DNA of 63,560 nt, filler included, from Reticulomyxa filosa (GCA_000512085.1; 18 parts of 18 records of this genome joined end to end with filler, not necessarily neighbours in it), one strand, 5' to 3'; shown: positions 26,081 to 38,756, numbered from the whole stretch's first letter. Notes: generated by a model from the sequence alone, not told the origin. A program made the numbers and translations.

Positions 26081-27598
26081 TTATTGCCATAAGGAGAACA
26101 AAGACCATTGATTTTGGTCATTGGAGCGACTAGGATCCGAGCATTGTTGGAGCTTGTTTTTCAGAGACTTCAATTCACTTTGCAGTTTGTCATTTTCACT
26201 CTTTAACTGGGCATTCTCGTCTTTCAGCCGAATGGTTGCCTTTTTCCATGATTGTTTTTCAATTTCAATTTTTTCTCGATTTACTTTTTCGTTATAATGT
26301 TCTTTCAATTCTTGAATGTACAATTCTTTGATTGAATAAATGTGATAGATGAACCATACAAAGACACACTGTTAAATCTATGGTGATTTTCAAATTCTCT
26401 ATTTTTTTTTGCCCCTTCCCTTCTTCTATGTCCAAATAAAGTGAACCTTTGAGTTGTTGTGCAAGTATTTGTAAATTGGAAATATGTTCAATAGTTCTCA
26501 TCTCATCTTTAATCGTAGTTTCATCGGTTTTTTGCTCTTCTCTTTTTTTTTTTATTATATTCTGATTAGGTCCCAGTCAAGAGCCATTCGTTCATTCAAA
26601 AAAATCATTTTTTTGGGTTATTGGAAGAGTGCAAAAACAAAGGGATCAATTGTAACTGTGTCTTTACATTCAACGAAGGGCAAGATTTGTGACTAATGCG
26701 GCCCATTTCCTTTTTGAACACAATAGTCAATCCCAAAAACAACAATGAATATGATATTTGTTCCTTCTTCTCTTTTGCTCACACAAACCAAGTTATCAAG
26801 GAAATTCTGCAAAATACGGAGTTCTGTAGCTGAGGCATTTGCGACTCCAGTGCCTAAATTATGGAATATGACCTGCGCATTGTCCTTTTTCGTTTGTTAT
26901 TTGTGGGAAAAGAGGCATTTCAAACACACACACAAATACCCAAAAAAAAAAGCCTTACAAAAAAATCAAACTGAGCAAAAAAATTTATCATGATGTTTTG
27001 ATAGTTCTTCTTGAGAAGGAGAAGGCACCACTATCGTATATCTTTTGTTGTTTTATTATTATTATTACCTTTTCATCCCTCCATTTTTTTGTCAACTCAC
27101 TCCGTTTTTTTTTTATATGTACCCGCATTGAATTTTTTGTAGTAGCCATCGAAACGAGTTTTCCCAGAGAACGACCTTTGCCTCTAATTCTTTTGTCTGT
27201 TTGTTTGGTTATGACAAGTTAATGGACACAATGAAAGCAACAATATATACGTGCAAGCGCATGTACATACAAAATGCCACATCGTTACTATTCCGCAGCA
27301 CACTTCATTTTCAAAACCAACTTTGCCTGCTACACTTGCTTGTCCGTATGTTCCCAATCGTTGTTCGGTCTTCGTGTTGCGTGTCTTGTCTTTTTCATTG
27401 TCACCAAACAGAAATATTATTGGAATTTTGTTTTCTTTTATATCCTGCAGTTGTTTCTCTGTCATATGGAGCCCTTGATATACTACATGCTGGCCAGACT
27501 TTTCCAGGTTTATTTTGTACTCTTTCAAGTACCGTGAATTTATCCATTTGTTTTGCTTGCCACTCACTGAGCACAAATTCGTTAAAATACCACTTCAT
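26081..27598 (-). CDS. Spliced gene: N-terminal macrodomain-like (DUF7831-like) domain plus C-terminal coiled coil; possibly frameshifted
   Basis: Exons encode IFLFGDNE...RLGTYGQASVAG...CGIVT, then GYTIVVP, then VIFHNLGTGVANAS..ELRILQNFLDNL. The last exon is a coiled coil ending WSLFSLWQ*. Confidence 0.55.
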
Positions 27599-27902
27599 TT
27601 TTAAGAAAATAAGAATGACAATACAAACAAAACTATTTTGCACGCAGGAAATGATTATATGAAAATGCTGAGCGTAACACACGAACCCTTTTAAAGTTGG
27701 TACATAGTTTTTATTTGTATTTTTTGTATAAAAGAGCTGTGCAAAAACATTAGGCTTTGAAATTTGATGTGCTCACATTTATTTTCTTCTTGCAGCAAAA
27801 AAAAAAAGGAAAAGTCTTCAAACAAAACTAATAATATTTTTTTTTTGAAATAATATCCAAATTTAGCAAGTTTTATATGATTGATGCATTCTTGTGTCAA
27901 CA

Positions 27903-28320
27903 GCGGACGTAGTGACAGACATAATGGTAATGCGACAATATTATGTAGAAAATGAAACATTATTTTTTTTGGACTGGGGTAACTAATCTGGTACTGACAC
28001 ATTTGAGTTATTCTTTTGTAGCAGTGAGATTTTTTGCAGATGGCTACCATTGCACAAAGCAGATACTAGTGTTTTTAGCGGTATTGCCAATATCGCCGCT
28101 GCTACCGTACGTGTTTTATTGGACAGCCATTCCAGGTAATTCATTTTCCAAGTTAATTAGGAAATGTAATCTGTCAGTTGAAGAGCACGTTCATTACATT
28201 GACGAACTTGACCGTTGCCTGTGAAAGATAAAGATAAAGATTTAATTGATTTAAGAGAATGGGTGAGAGAAAGTATACGAAAAAACATGGTTTTTATATT
28301 GGAAACAACACAACTTCAAT
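27903..28320 (+). pseudogene. XK-related-like membrane protein relic
   Basis: ADVVTDIMVMRQYYVENETLFF/WTGV...FLAVLPISPLLPYVFYW has a DxxTD first-helix motif, with frameshifts and stops. Confidence 0.45.
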
Positions 28321-28999
28321 GTATGTATGCATTCAAGCTATGTTGTCATTTTATGCTTATCCCAATTTATGAATGATACTCCTTGACTCTCGCTATTTTG
28401 CGTTTGGATTTGGCTGGACGATACTTTGATTGATTACTTGACGAAAATCTTGACTGAAAGGGATTGTTCGTGACATTAAGGAAAAATTAGCTTATATTGC
28501 TGAACATTACCAGGTAGAATTGAGACAGCTGAAACTTCAAGTGACATTGGCACTTAACGATTCAGATATCATGAAGTGTGATTTAGACATCAGCCTAGAT
28601 TTGTACACAACACTATGTTGTCTGGAGGCAATGTTTACTAACATTTAATGTCCGTTTAACTAAGGAAATGACTAACTTAGATCATGCCAACATCAGTAAA
28701 AACTGTTGTTCATCATGAAAGAAAATACATTGTATGTATTGGAGGAAGTATTTTGATTAGCTTGTCTACCTTTCAGGAAATGTAGGTCTCAAAAAATGAT
28801 TATGACGAGTTGGCCTGATATTGTGCACATAAAACGCTTTTAAGAACAAAGTGTTTGCATTTTTTTTCTTTAGGCAAACCTTTTGGTTGTTGGTCAGCGT
28901 TGTTTGGCGTTTTAGCTGTTGTATGTGTAACTTGCAGCATGAATGCTGAAGTAGCTTGATCTTATTGTTTCAAGAAATTTTGTAACTTGTTTTGTTCTA

Positions 29000-29202
29000 C
29001 AGTAGGTTGCAAAGAAAACTGAACGCCTAAAACATATCTTATGATGATAATTGATTTTATCAATGAAAAATCAACATTTATACCTAATTTTTTTTAAAAA
29101 AAATATCTACAAGTCTTGTAGTTATTAAAAAGTCAATATCATATTTAAAAACTCCAATACTTGTAGATATTTTTAAAAAAAAATTAGGTATAAATGTTGA
29201 TT
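29000..29202. mobile_element. Palindromic Tc1-type MITE, right end cut by the contig edge
   Basis: Starts TA-CAGTAG at 28998. Arms 29069-29125 and 29148-29202 are near-perfect reverse complements. The left ~115 bp resemble the Tc1 terminus at 9160-9277. Confidence 0.75.
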
Positions 29203-29302
29203 NNNNNNNNNNNNNNNNNNNNNNNNNNNNNNNNNNNNNNNNNNNNTTAATTAATTAANNNNNNNNNNNNNNNNNNNNNNNNNNNNNNNNNNNNNNNNNN
29301 NN

Positions 29303-31807
29303 GGCCATCCATTTTTTGTTGGTGAATGTGGACATCCAATGGAACAAGTGGTTTGTACGGCAGATGGTTGTGGCGAAGTTGTCGGCACTTTGTCTGATCA
29401 TCATACAAAGAACACAGGACTTCAACAGAAAGACATCCTTCAAGGGTACACATAAAACAACTTTTTAAATTTTTTTTAAAATAAAAATATGTTCACTGTT
29501 TTTTAAATAGATATCAATTGGATGGTTCACCGGAAGAACATTTGACACCGGATGAGTTTTGGAAATATGAAGCAGACGTAGAGGTCCGCCATGTAGAAAG
29601 AGTTGTATGCACATTATTACGCTTTTTGATACATTTGCCATTGCTTTTGCGAGACTTTGGCACTGCTGAGGGGTTGTGTCCATCTCCAAAAATTGCTAAA
29701 CAAAGGCAGCAAACAAGAAGTGACAGACTTTTTATGGAAGCAGGCGACAGGCAATTTTAATTTATTATGTCAAGTTACCAGACTCAATGAAGAACAATTG
29801 GCCATTGCATTACACCTCTTCTTAGAAAATTTTGGAAATGGTTCAATGACACTTATCCAGATGGTTTTTCCAACGTGGAAGACGCAAAAGAAATTTATGC
29901 ACTTGAAATGAACATGAATAACGAGTATGGATCATTTTTTGGCGACAAAAAAAAATGGAATGAAATTCGTGATGCAAGTAAAAGCAAAGTTGAAAGTGAA
30001 AAGGAAAAAGAGATTCGATCTGAAGTTCAAGAAAAAAAGGTGTTTGATGTATCCTACGCGCCAAATTTATTTTTAACAACCAGATTCATGACTTGGGAAG
30101 ACTTGGCTCAAAGTTTGAACAATAGTATAGCACTGAAAAACAAGCATCCATTGTTATATCTGGTGTTGTCCTCGAACGAGTTGCTTTGGAGTGTGAAATA
30201 TTTGACTTGGATTGGACAATGGCTAAAACGTGTCTATGTACACTTTTGTCTTAAAATTTCCTCTTCTGAAGGATCCAGTAAGATGATTGAAGAGGTATTA
30301 AACTCCCTTGGAGACGATAAGAAGAAATCCAGTCAAATATGGTCACATTTCAAAATGTGTTGGAACAATTTTGCAAAAAAACCTATTCGAAATGGATGTC
30401 AACAGTTGGTAGTCCCGGAATTAGGTGATGAAAATACAACCACAATGGAATGCAGTCTGGCACGTGAAACGGGAATGGGATTGTTTGTTGTCAAAATTGT
30501 TCAAATTTTACAAGATGCCAATAACAAATTCTTGCAAGATTGTCATGATCAATTGGATAAAAAGGATTTGGAGATTCCAGAAGGAAAAGACAATGAAGAT
30601 AACAAAGAAATTGAGGAAATGAGTGATGATGGAACAAGAAGTGATGAGGGGTTGAGTGATAATGGAACAAGTAGTGATGAGGGACTGAGTGATAATGGGA
30701 CAAGCAGTGATGAGGAAAATAATTATGAAGAAAAGAAAGAAGAAGAAGAAGAAAAACCAAAGGAGGAAGATAATTTGAACGAAAAAGATTTCCAAAAATT
30801 TCAATTTGCAAAAATTTGGAATGTAAATAATAAATCTCTGTTTGACATAAACGAACAAGATATCGTCTGTGCTGACAAAGAACAAATCAATGCCATAATC
30901 AAACACTGGAGTGTCCCCGTTTTGCAATATGGACAGATTGATGCTTGTGATGATCACATTTCGGATTTGCAATCCATCGAAAACGAAATTTTGAATCGTT
31001 TCATTAATGGCAAACGAATTATTCAAATTAATACTCGCTTATTTCAATATTCTAATGAATACAGCATACCCAATTGCTTGGATATTATGAAAAATAATAA
31101 TCCAAAACTAATTGAAAATCATTTAGATGAACAACTTTGGGACGCTTTTGTTGCATCAATTAAGTCTCCATCGGATAGGACACGAGCACTTCAATTGTTG
31201 AGCGAAACAATAGTTTTTTTGCACCAAAGTGCAAAAAGCATCAAACCGTTACGTATTTTTTTTATATGTGTTTTGTTTAAAAAGTAAAAATATCAAAATA
31301 TTGGATCTTTTGGGTAATAATAGTACTGACAAATTGACCGTTTTAATGGAGAATTTATCATTTGAACAATCGCATTATATGTTATTTGAAGTTCGTTCAA
31401 GTGACAGAAGTGACCTTTGTTTGTGTGCAAAGCATATTGCTCCACTGTGGTATCAGTTGGATGAATGGGTAAAGACAGAAACTACCAATGACGACACTAT
31501 TGACAAACATGTGCTACCAGCGTACCAGTTACCATTAACTGATGACCTGAAAACGCAACTTGATTTGTTTGTTCAAAAGACTCCAATAGCAATTGTGAAA
31601 AGGATACTGAATAACTGGCGAGAAGTTGCTCGCAAGGAAGGTCAAAGGCAAGAGATTGAAAAAAAGTTATTTGCAGATTGGCTAGACAATATATATTTTT
31701 ATGATAATGAAATTGTAGAATTTCCAAAGGCCTTGCAATGGAAATATTGTTCAAGTGCGTATGCTTATGTATTTGAAATTGTACACAAAAAAACAAATAT
31801 AAATTAA
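29303..31807 (+). CDS. RNF213-like E3 ubiquitin ligase, C-terminal part (RZ finger + CTD), spliced, with frameshifts near 29670 and 29860
   Basis: GHPFFVGECGHPMEQVVCTADGCGEVVG is an RZ-type zinc finger. It is followed by GYQLDGSP...RHVERVVCTLLRFLIHLPLLL and DFLWKQ...LAIALHLFL, collinear with the RNF213 post-RZ region. Confidence 0.8.
30621..30714 (+). repeat. 33-bp in-frame tandem repeat, about 3 copies (SD[D/N]GT[R/S]SDEGL)
   Basis: gagtgat(g/a)atgg(a/g)acaag.agtgatgagg repeated within an acidic loop. Confidence 0.9.
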
Positions 31808-31914
31808 ATTACACTTTAAGCCAAATTTGATTATTGAGGCACTGTAAAATTTTTTGTGGAGCTATATTTTTTGACCAAAGTTTGCCTTACAACAAAACTT
31901 TTGGCTGCAATAAA

Positions 31915-32870
31915 GATCCCTAACAGGACCATTACAATATTGCAATTTCTAATGGAATACTACAATAAATATTTTTAAATAAAAATATATCCCAAAGGTA
32001 TTGAGTTATTTACAAATGGATGAGAATAATCAATAGCTTCAATCTATTTTGAATATACAAGTTGTTTTTAAGATCGAATATTCTCATTTATAGTGATGAA
32101 AAATCAATAAAAGTAACTTCTTTTTGTATGTTCTTTAAAGATATGTAGGTTGTAAATGCTTCAATATCACATATACAAATAGTATTATCACATAAATATT
32201 GATACAATCAAATGATAACAATTGAATATCCACCAACATAAGAGTCATATCCATTAAATATTTGAAATTCTTTATTACTTTTTGTAATTTATTTCTTCTT
32301 TCATTCAAAACGATTTCAATCGAAAAATATTTTTGTTATCCTTATTTTCTAATATTTCTCTTCATTTGTGGTTTTAGATGTTGTTCAAAATTAAAATTAA
32401 ATAATGTAGCATTACATCCAAACTCTTAAATTTGTATACCAAAGATTTCAAATAATATTAATTATTTAAATGATCCTTCATTTCTTTTATCTTTTGTCCT
32501 CTATGATTGTGTTTTCCTTTTTTGCCAATTGATTTTCGAATTACTGATGACAAATGACAGTTAATTCATCAATAAGATTCCTTATTGTTCGGTTTTTCAC
32601 GTAATTACAATGATGGTGATTACCAACATGATGTCGATTGTTATGTTTGTTTAAATATTGTTTGAGAAATTGTTTTCTAATCACCAAAGCATCTTGATGG
32701 TCTTCATGCTTATTACAAGTTAATTCAATTGCATTGTATGCAATTTATTCACACAATAAGCATCAAAAACTTTATAAATATGCTTGTTCATTTAATAACG
32801 CCGTACGCTCTTTGTCATAACATTCTCTGAATGTGTTTGTCTTTTCTTGGTCTTCTTCTAGTCCAAGCAT
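31915..32870 (-). pseudogene. TRAF-like RING/zinc-finger + WD40 pseudogene
   Basis: ECYDKE...CLLCE*IAYNAIELTCNKH...LKQYLNKHNN...HHHCNY...IRNLIDELTVIC with many stops, followed by decayed WD40 fragments (IFNG.., TICICDIE). Confidence 0.6.
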
Positions 32871-33770
32871 TAACTTCTTCTTTTTAAAAAGATCCCGTAA
32901 AACGAAAGCACGTGAGCATTCATGAACAAACACACGAATGTTCATAGGGATCTTTTTTTAGCTGCAAATTGTATATTTCCAAAGTTAATTTGCTCCATTC
33001 TCCAAATAATGCGCTGATTAAGATAAAGAATCTGAAACTTTTCTTATCCATGAAGGGATCTACCAAAATTACTTGAAAACGTTAAGAACAAAGTTGAAGG
33101 ACGTCTGTAAATTTTAAAACATAAAAATAATTTGAGACTAAGTGTAATACGAAAGAAACTTAGTCCCGAAAACAAGTTTCAGTAAAAAGAAAAGAAAAGA
33201 ATAACAATAATTACAACAAAGCAAGAAAAGAGTAAAACAAGAGAGAAAGTGAGTTATGTTTGTGAAAAGAGTTTAGCTCACTGGGGCTTCAAAGTTCACT
33301 CAGAACTTTGCCATTCATAATAGAGACCCTACGTGGTAATCTTCAATTCGTTATTTTCAGAACATTGTACATCAAAAGACATCTTTTCTTATTCTGAGTT
33401 TTGTCTGTAAAATTTACATTTTCATTATTAAGAGATTTTAAGTAACATTATTAATATTTATGTCATATTTGTTAACTGACAATCACAAACAACAAATCCA
33501 AGCAGAAACCTTTTTTCCAAAAAAAAATCACAAATGAAACAAGAGGAAAGGCGTTTTGTTCCCATCCCCGTCTTTCCTTCTTTGGACAATCTTAAAGAGC
33601 TTCATATCTTCCAAAGACAGCATGTCAATAATATACAAATACACATTTACAATGACTCAATGCAATGGAANNNNNNNNNNNNNNNNNNNNNNNNNNNNNN
33701 NNNNNNNNNNNNNNTTAATTAATTAANNNNNNNNNNNNNNNNNNNNNNNNNNNNNNNNNNNNNNNNNNNN

Positions 33771-35075
33771 TTATTATTATTATTATTATTATTATTATTG
33801 TTGTCCATAAGAGTGTTGGTGCTCTCGCCTGTAAGTGCGTCCAAATGCCTGTCTTTGCGAAGCAATGTGTTTTTGTCCAAAGGCAACTTACTACGGTTTT
33901 GAATTGCGAGACTATAGCTCGCAGCTGTAACAGGAGCAGTAGGGTCGTTTTGGGATTGAAGCACACAACGACTGTCACTATACACTGAGACACCATCCTT
34001 CCTGCAGCTATTGGGATTGTTATAACTTTCTTTTTTGTCCACGTCATTATCATCATTGTTATTATTCAAAGTATTGTTGTTATTGATATTATTATTACTA
34101 CTACTATTGTTATTATTATTGTTATTATTATTGTTACTATTATTGTTATTAGCAGTAGTTATAGTACCACTGTTGTCATTGCGATTGTGATTATCATCGT
34201 TAAGATTGTTATTAGAAATCGAACAAAGGGCAAGTCTCTCTTTGATATTGTTCAACATTCGATCGTAATTGGAGATTTGGCCATTCGGGTCAGTTGGCAC
34301 TGGCGGTTGATGAGTGGACATTTCTTTCAACAATTCTTCCGTCAAAACTTGGTCTTGCGAGCCTTGATGTTGGAGTTCGTGTTCGTCCAATTGAATTCCA
34401 ATTTCCTCAATGAAAAACTTTTCGAGTTTCTCTTTTTTGAGTATCTCCTCCATCATCGCCGCACAAAATGCAGTTTGATCGGCTTCGTCGTTGAGATTGA
34501 TCTCAATGCCCATTCGATTCATTGATTGATTTTGAATGTAATCATGTTGCTGATTTACGTAGTCATTACTCCAACGTCGTTGCTGTTGCTGCTGGCGTTG
34601 CGAGGGCATGCTTGATTCGTGTTTCAATCGAGAACGAAGTTGTTGGAATATCGCCGGTGGTGGAGGAGTAAACAGGTCCGCATTCATGAAGCGCATTCGG
34701 AAGTACAAATGGATTTTGTGAACATTGGGTCTCAGCCAATTGGAAGGGATTTTCCCCATGTTTCCAAAGGTGTTTTCATCAAAGTGTGTATCCCTCACCG
34801 TGATCGACACATCCAACAGAGAGGCCAGAAAAGAAAGTGACAATTGACTCAACGACGGCGTTATTTCAAATGCAATCCCAAAGCCAAAGTTATCTCGAAT
34901 ACGACAATTTTGCACGAAAATATACGTTCTGCCGTCCAGCATTTCTTGCAGCTGCGGAGTTGGATTCATTACTTGTTCGGGCACATTGGTCATGTCTGGA
35001 AATCGCAATGGCATAGACCGTCGTGTCAAATGTTGGAACCGAAAGGGTTTGAATTCCGGGTTTTTAAAAACCCGA
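33771..35075 (-). CDS. Hypothetical protein exon with poly-Q and poly-N tracts
   Basis: Uninterrupted frame of more than 430 codons with a globular-looking N-terminal half. No family recognised. Confidence 0.6.
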
Positions 35076-35212
35076 TACATGTACATATACATATATATAT
35101 ATATATATATATNNNNNNNNNNNNNNNNNNNNNNNNNNNNNNNNNNNNNNNNNNNNTTAATTAATTAANNNNNNNNNNNNNNNNNNNNNNNNNNNNNNNN
35201 NNNNNNNNNNNN

Positions 35213-36003
35213 CGGCAATCACCGCGCAGCCCAGCGGGCCGCGCTTTACCACCAGTACCGCTTGCGGCGCCAGGCGGCGTACCACATTCAGGCAGTCGAT
35301 CAGCGCCGGCTTGCCGCCGGCAATCAGGAATTCTTCTTCGGTACCCACAATCAGGTCGAACAGCGGCAGTACCGATTGCAAGTGCGCGCTGACAGCGTCG
35401 TCAGCAATGAAACGCTGCTCCCCGTTGCCGCGACCGGTCAGACCCCACAGCACCGGGCGGTAGTCGATATCGAGCACGGTGCGCACATTGTGCTGGCGGG
35501 CATACGCCCAGCGCCTTGCGGCTGGCGGCATTCACGGTAGCGGTAGACAGGTGGGTGCCGGTAATCAGCAGCGCCTTGCTGCTGGCGATGAAGGCTTCGT
35601 CGATGTCGTCTTCGCACAGCGCCATGTCGGCGCAGTTTTCGCGGTAGAACAGCAGTGGGAAGGTGTCACGATCCTTGATACCCAGCAATACCAAGCCGGT
35701 CAGCCGCGACGGGTCGGTTTTCACCTGCGAGGTGTCGCAACCTTCGTTCTGCAGCTCTTGCACCAGATAGCGCCCCATCTGCTCGTCGCCAACACGCGAC
35801 AGCATGGACGACTTCAGGCCCAGACGGGCAGTACCGAATGCGATATTGGCCGACGAGCCACCCAGATACTTGGCAAAACTACTGGCGTCTTCAAGACGCG
35901 AGCCCAGCTGGCGAGCGTACAAATCCACGGCCAAGCGGCCCAGGCAGATCACGTCCAGCGGACGATCTGAAGCAAATTGAGTCTGGTTTTGCATGGTTTC
36001 CAT
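35213..36003 (-). CDS. iolC: 5-dehydro-2-deoxygluconokinase (PfkB family), bacterial, 3'-truncated, one homopolymer frameshift at about 35508
   Basis: LDVICLGRLAVDLY..QLGSRLED.SSFAKYLGGSSANIAFGTARLGLKS, FPLLFYRENCADMAL, DIDYRPVLWGL, LIVGTEEEF. GC-rich and intronless. Confidence 0.93.
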
Positions 36004-36136
36004 TCCATTGGTTGCCGATGCCCGAGGTCTTGTGCTCAGCCGCCGATCGGACTCGGCGCAGCGGGCTACCGTGATGAAACTAGATTACTGCGCACTTGCC
36101 ATGATTGCAAATTTTTTTTCGTATATTTGTTGTATC

Positions 36137-36150
36137 GGAAATTTATTTCT
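36137..36150. promoter_or_regulatory. Candidate IolR operator GGAAATTTATTTCT in the divergent iolC/iolR intergenic region
   Basis: Near-palindrome GAAAT-tt-ATTTC, one mismatch from the GGAA-N6-TTCC type site described for proteobacterial RpiR-family IolR. Confidence 0.5.
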
Positions 36151-36234
36151 GCTAAATTTTTTTTCATTTCTGCAACAGCAGTCGTAACATAGCGGCATCA
36201 CATCGCCCCGGAGGCCCGGAAATTGAGCAATAAC

Positions 36235-36335
36235 ATGACCGCAGACCAGCTCATGAAGCGTATTTCAGAAGAGTACGAAGGCCTGAGCAAGCAACTTAAG
36301 ATCATCGCCAAATACATCGAGGATCATCGCCAGAC
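36235..36335 (+). CDS. MurR/RpiR-family transcriptional regulator (IolR-like), N-terminus only
   Basis: MTADQLMKRISEEYEGLSKQLKIIAKYIEDH is typical of the RpiR HTH start, and the gene is divergent from iolC. Confidence 0.8.
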
Positions 36336-37639
36336 NNNNNNNNNNNNNNNNNNNNNNNNNNNNNNNNNNNNNNNNNNNNTTAATTAATTAANNNNNNNNN
36401 NNNNNNNNNNNNNNNNNNNNNNNNNNNNNNNNNNNAACTGCATTTTCATTTTCTTCAGGTCTGTAGTTTTCATAACGTAGTCCACGACCTTGTCCTCTTT
36501 GGCTGTTAGGTTTTGACTTGGTAAAACCACAGACATTTCTTACTTCCCAACTTGTTATTCTCAAGGTTTGTGGATGAATTGCCACTATTATTACAAAAGC
36601 AGAGTTTTTTTTTAGCATTGTGCTCCCTGTCGTTCAAAAATTTTTGGCAAATCCCAGAGCTGAACGAAAATTTTGAATTAACAAAATCGTATGTCAATTT
36701 GTTAATTGTATTGTCAATACTTTCATCTGTAATGATTTTAATGCTATGTTTCCAATGACTGAATTTTCCATTGCGAAGAAAGCATATTGAAAGCAATTGT
36801 TCTCTTTCAAATTGATTTTTCTTATTAAAAAGCTCAAATTTCAAGTATCATCAAAAAAAAAAAGCAAAATAAATTCCAATTACAATATCTATAATGACTA
36901 AGTTTTGTTTTTATTTGACATAATAATTTATTTATACATTTATGACAACAAGTTTACTGAGCTGATGATCAATTGAATTACAAAAAATGAATGCAGAAAC
37001 AAGTGACGTCAGAATCAACCGCAACGTATCATTGCTGTGATGTTTGTACGTGTGGAATCCTTATTGTTGATAAATGAAATGAATAATAAAATATAAAAAT
37101 TCATTCAAACAAACTTTTTTTTCCTTTAATGAAGTTGTTCAAATGAAATCTAAATATAAACATTTATGTTTTTATCAATTTAAAATTAAGAAATGGAATA
37201 ATCTTACAATCTCAGTATTGAACCATATTAGAACCGAATTAACTAATCAAAACAGTTTCATTACTGAAAGTAAAGATAGCAGCATGTCGAAAAACGGTTT
37301 TTGTGTATTTTCAGTAAGATTTGAGTTGACAAACAATGTGTGAAAAATCGCACAGCCACAATTTGCACACACAATCAATACATTACAACTGTCATGTTCG
37401 AGCTTCTACAATTGAATAGAAAGAAAAAAGAAACTNNNNNNNNNNNNNNNNNNNNNNNNNNNNNNNNNNNNNNNNNNNNTTAATTAATTAANNNNNNNNN
37501 NNNNNNNNNNNNNNNNNNNNNNNNNNNNNNNNNNNTGTTGCAAAAAATAAAATTTAAAAAAAAAAATGAGAGAAAAAAAAAAAAAATGCAAGGATAAGAC
37601 ACGAAACAAGTGCTCAACGGAAAAAAAACGGCAAATTGG

Positions 37640-38648
37640 TAGAAATAAACAAATGACCATGAATGACAAGCAAATCGGTGACGACAATGTCTGTGTCCAA
37701 TTTCAAAATGGAGCTGTTGGGCAAAGACGTGGGAGAAAACACCAATTCGTTCATCACTTTCTCCGCTTTAATCGTCGTCGACCCATTGCTTTTCGATTTG
37801 GGATTAAACATAAATCTCTCTAATGTTGGCGCTTTTTTTTTTTTTAAAAAAAGTATATTCAATCACATATACATAAATACGTATACATATACATATATAT
37901 ATATATATGTATATGTATATATAGACCAGATTTGGTTCGAATAGCACTTTCGGAAGTGAAAGTAAGAGAAGAATGGATAGAAGAGTTGGTTTTGGTATTG
38001 GGAAATTGCGCCTTTAAAAAGGGTGATTTGTTGGCAAGGGAATTGGTATCGATGGAGTCCCCTGCTCGATCTTCGTCCTCATGAAACAAGAGTTCGGACG
38101 TGCTCACTAACGAAGTGCTGTCCGTTGGGTCATTGGACTTTTTCATGGATAAGGTATCCTCTGCGCTATACTTTCGCTGTTGCAACTGTGACTGCGATTG
38201 CAATTGCGATTGCAATTGTGAGTGTGAATGAGGTTGTGGTTGGGATTGAACCGGTTTGAAGGGATAATTGATGGTGAGTGACCTGGTGGTCCTTCTTTCA
38301 TCATTAACTGATGAGTTGGAAGATTGAGGAAGAGGAGGAAGTGTCTTGTTCAAAACGACAATTTCTTTATTCGGATGGAAATAGCGCGTTTGCAGCGACG
38401 ATAAGTACTCTTGCTGAATGCAGTAAGTAAAGTATTGATCCATGGATATGCAATTAGCATAGCGCAGTGTCAGCAGATCCAAGGCGTGAATGTTGCCTTG
38501 GACATCGCTGACGTACAGCATGTTCTGATGTGCCACCATATGCAATAAGCTTTTGCTGTGCACGCCGTTGTCCCATGACATAAAGCTAGTGTGCAATGGG
38601 GCATGCAATGATGACTCATTGCCGTCATGATACATTGATGTATATGCA

Positions 38649-38686
<38 letters not shown>

Positions 38687-38756
38687 GTAATTATTGCTGT
38701 TGTCGTAATGGCTATTATAAGTATTGCTATTGTTAACATTAGTATCATTGTCATTG

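Noticed and set aside
35213-36335. Horizontal transfer of iolC/iolR into the host genome
   Set aside because: There is no junction with host DNA, no intron and no compositional amelioration. A contaminant or associated bacterium is the simpler explanation.
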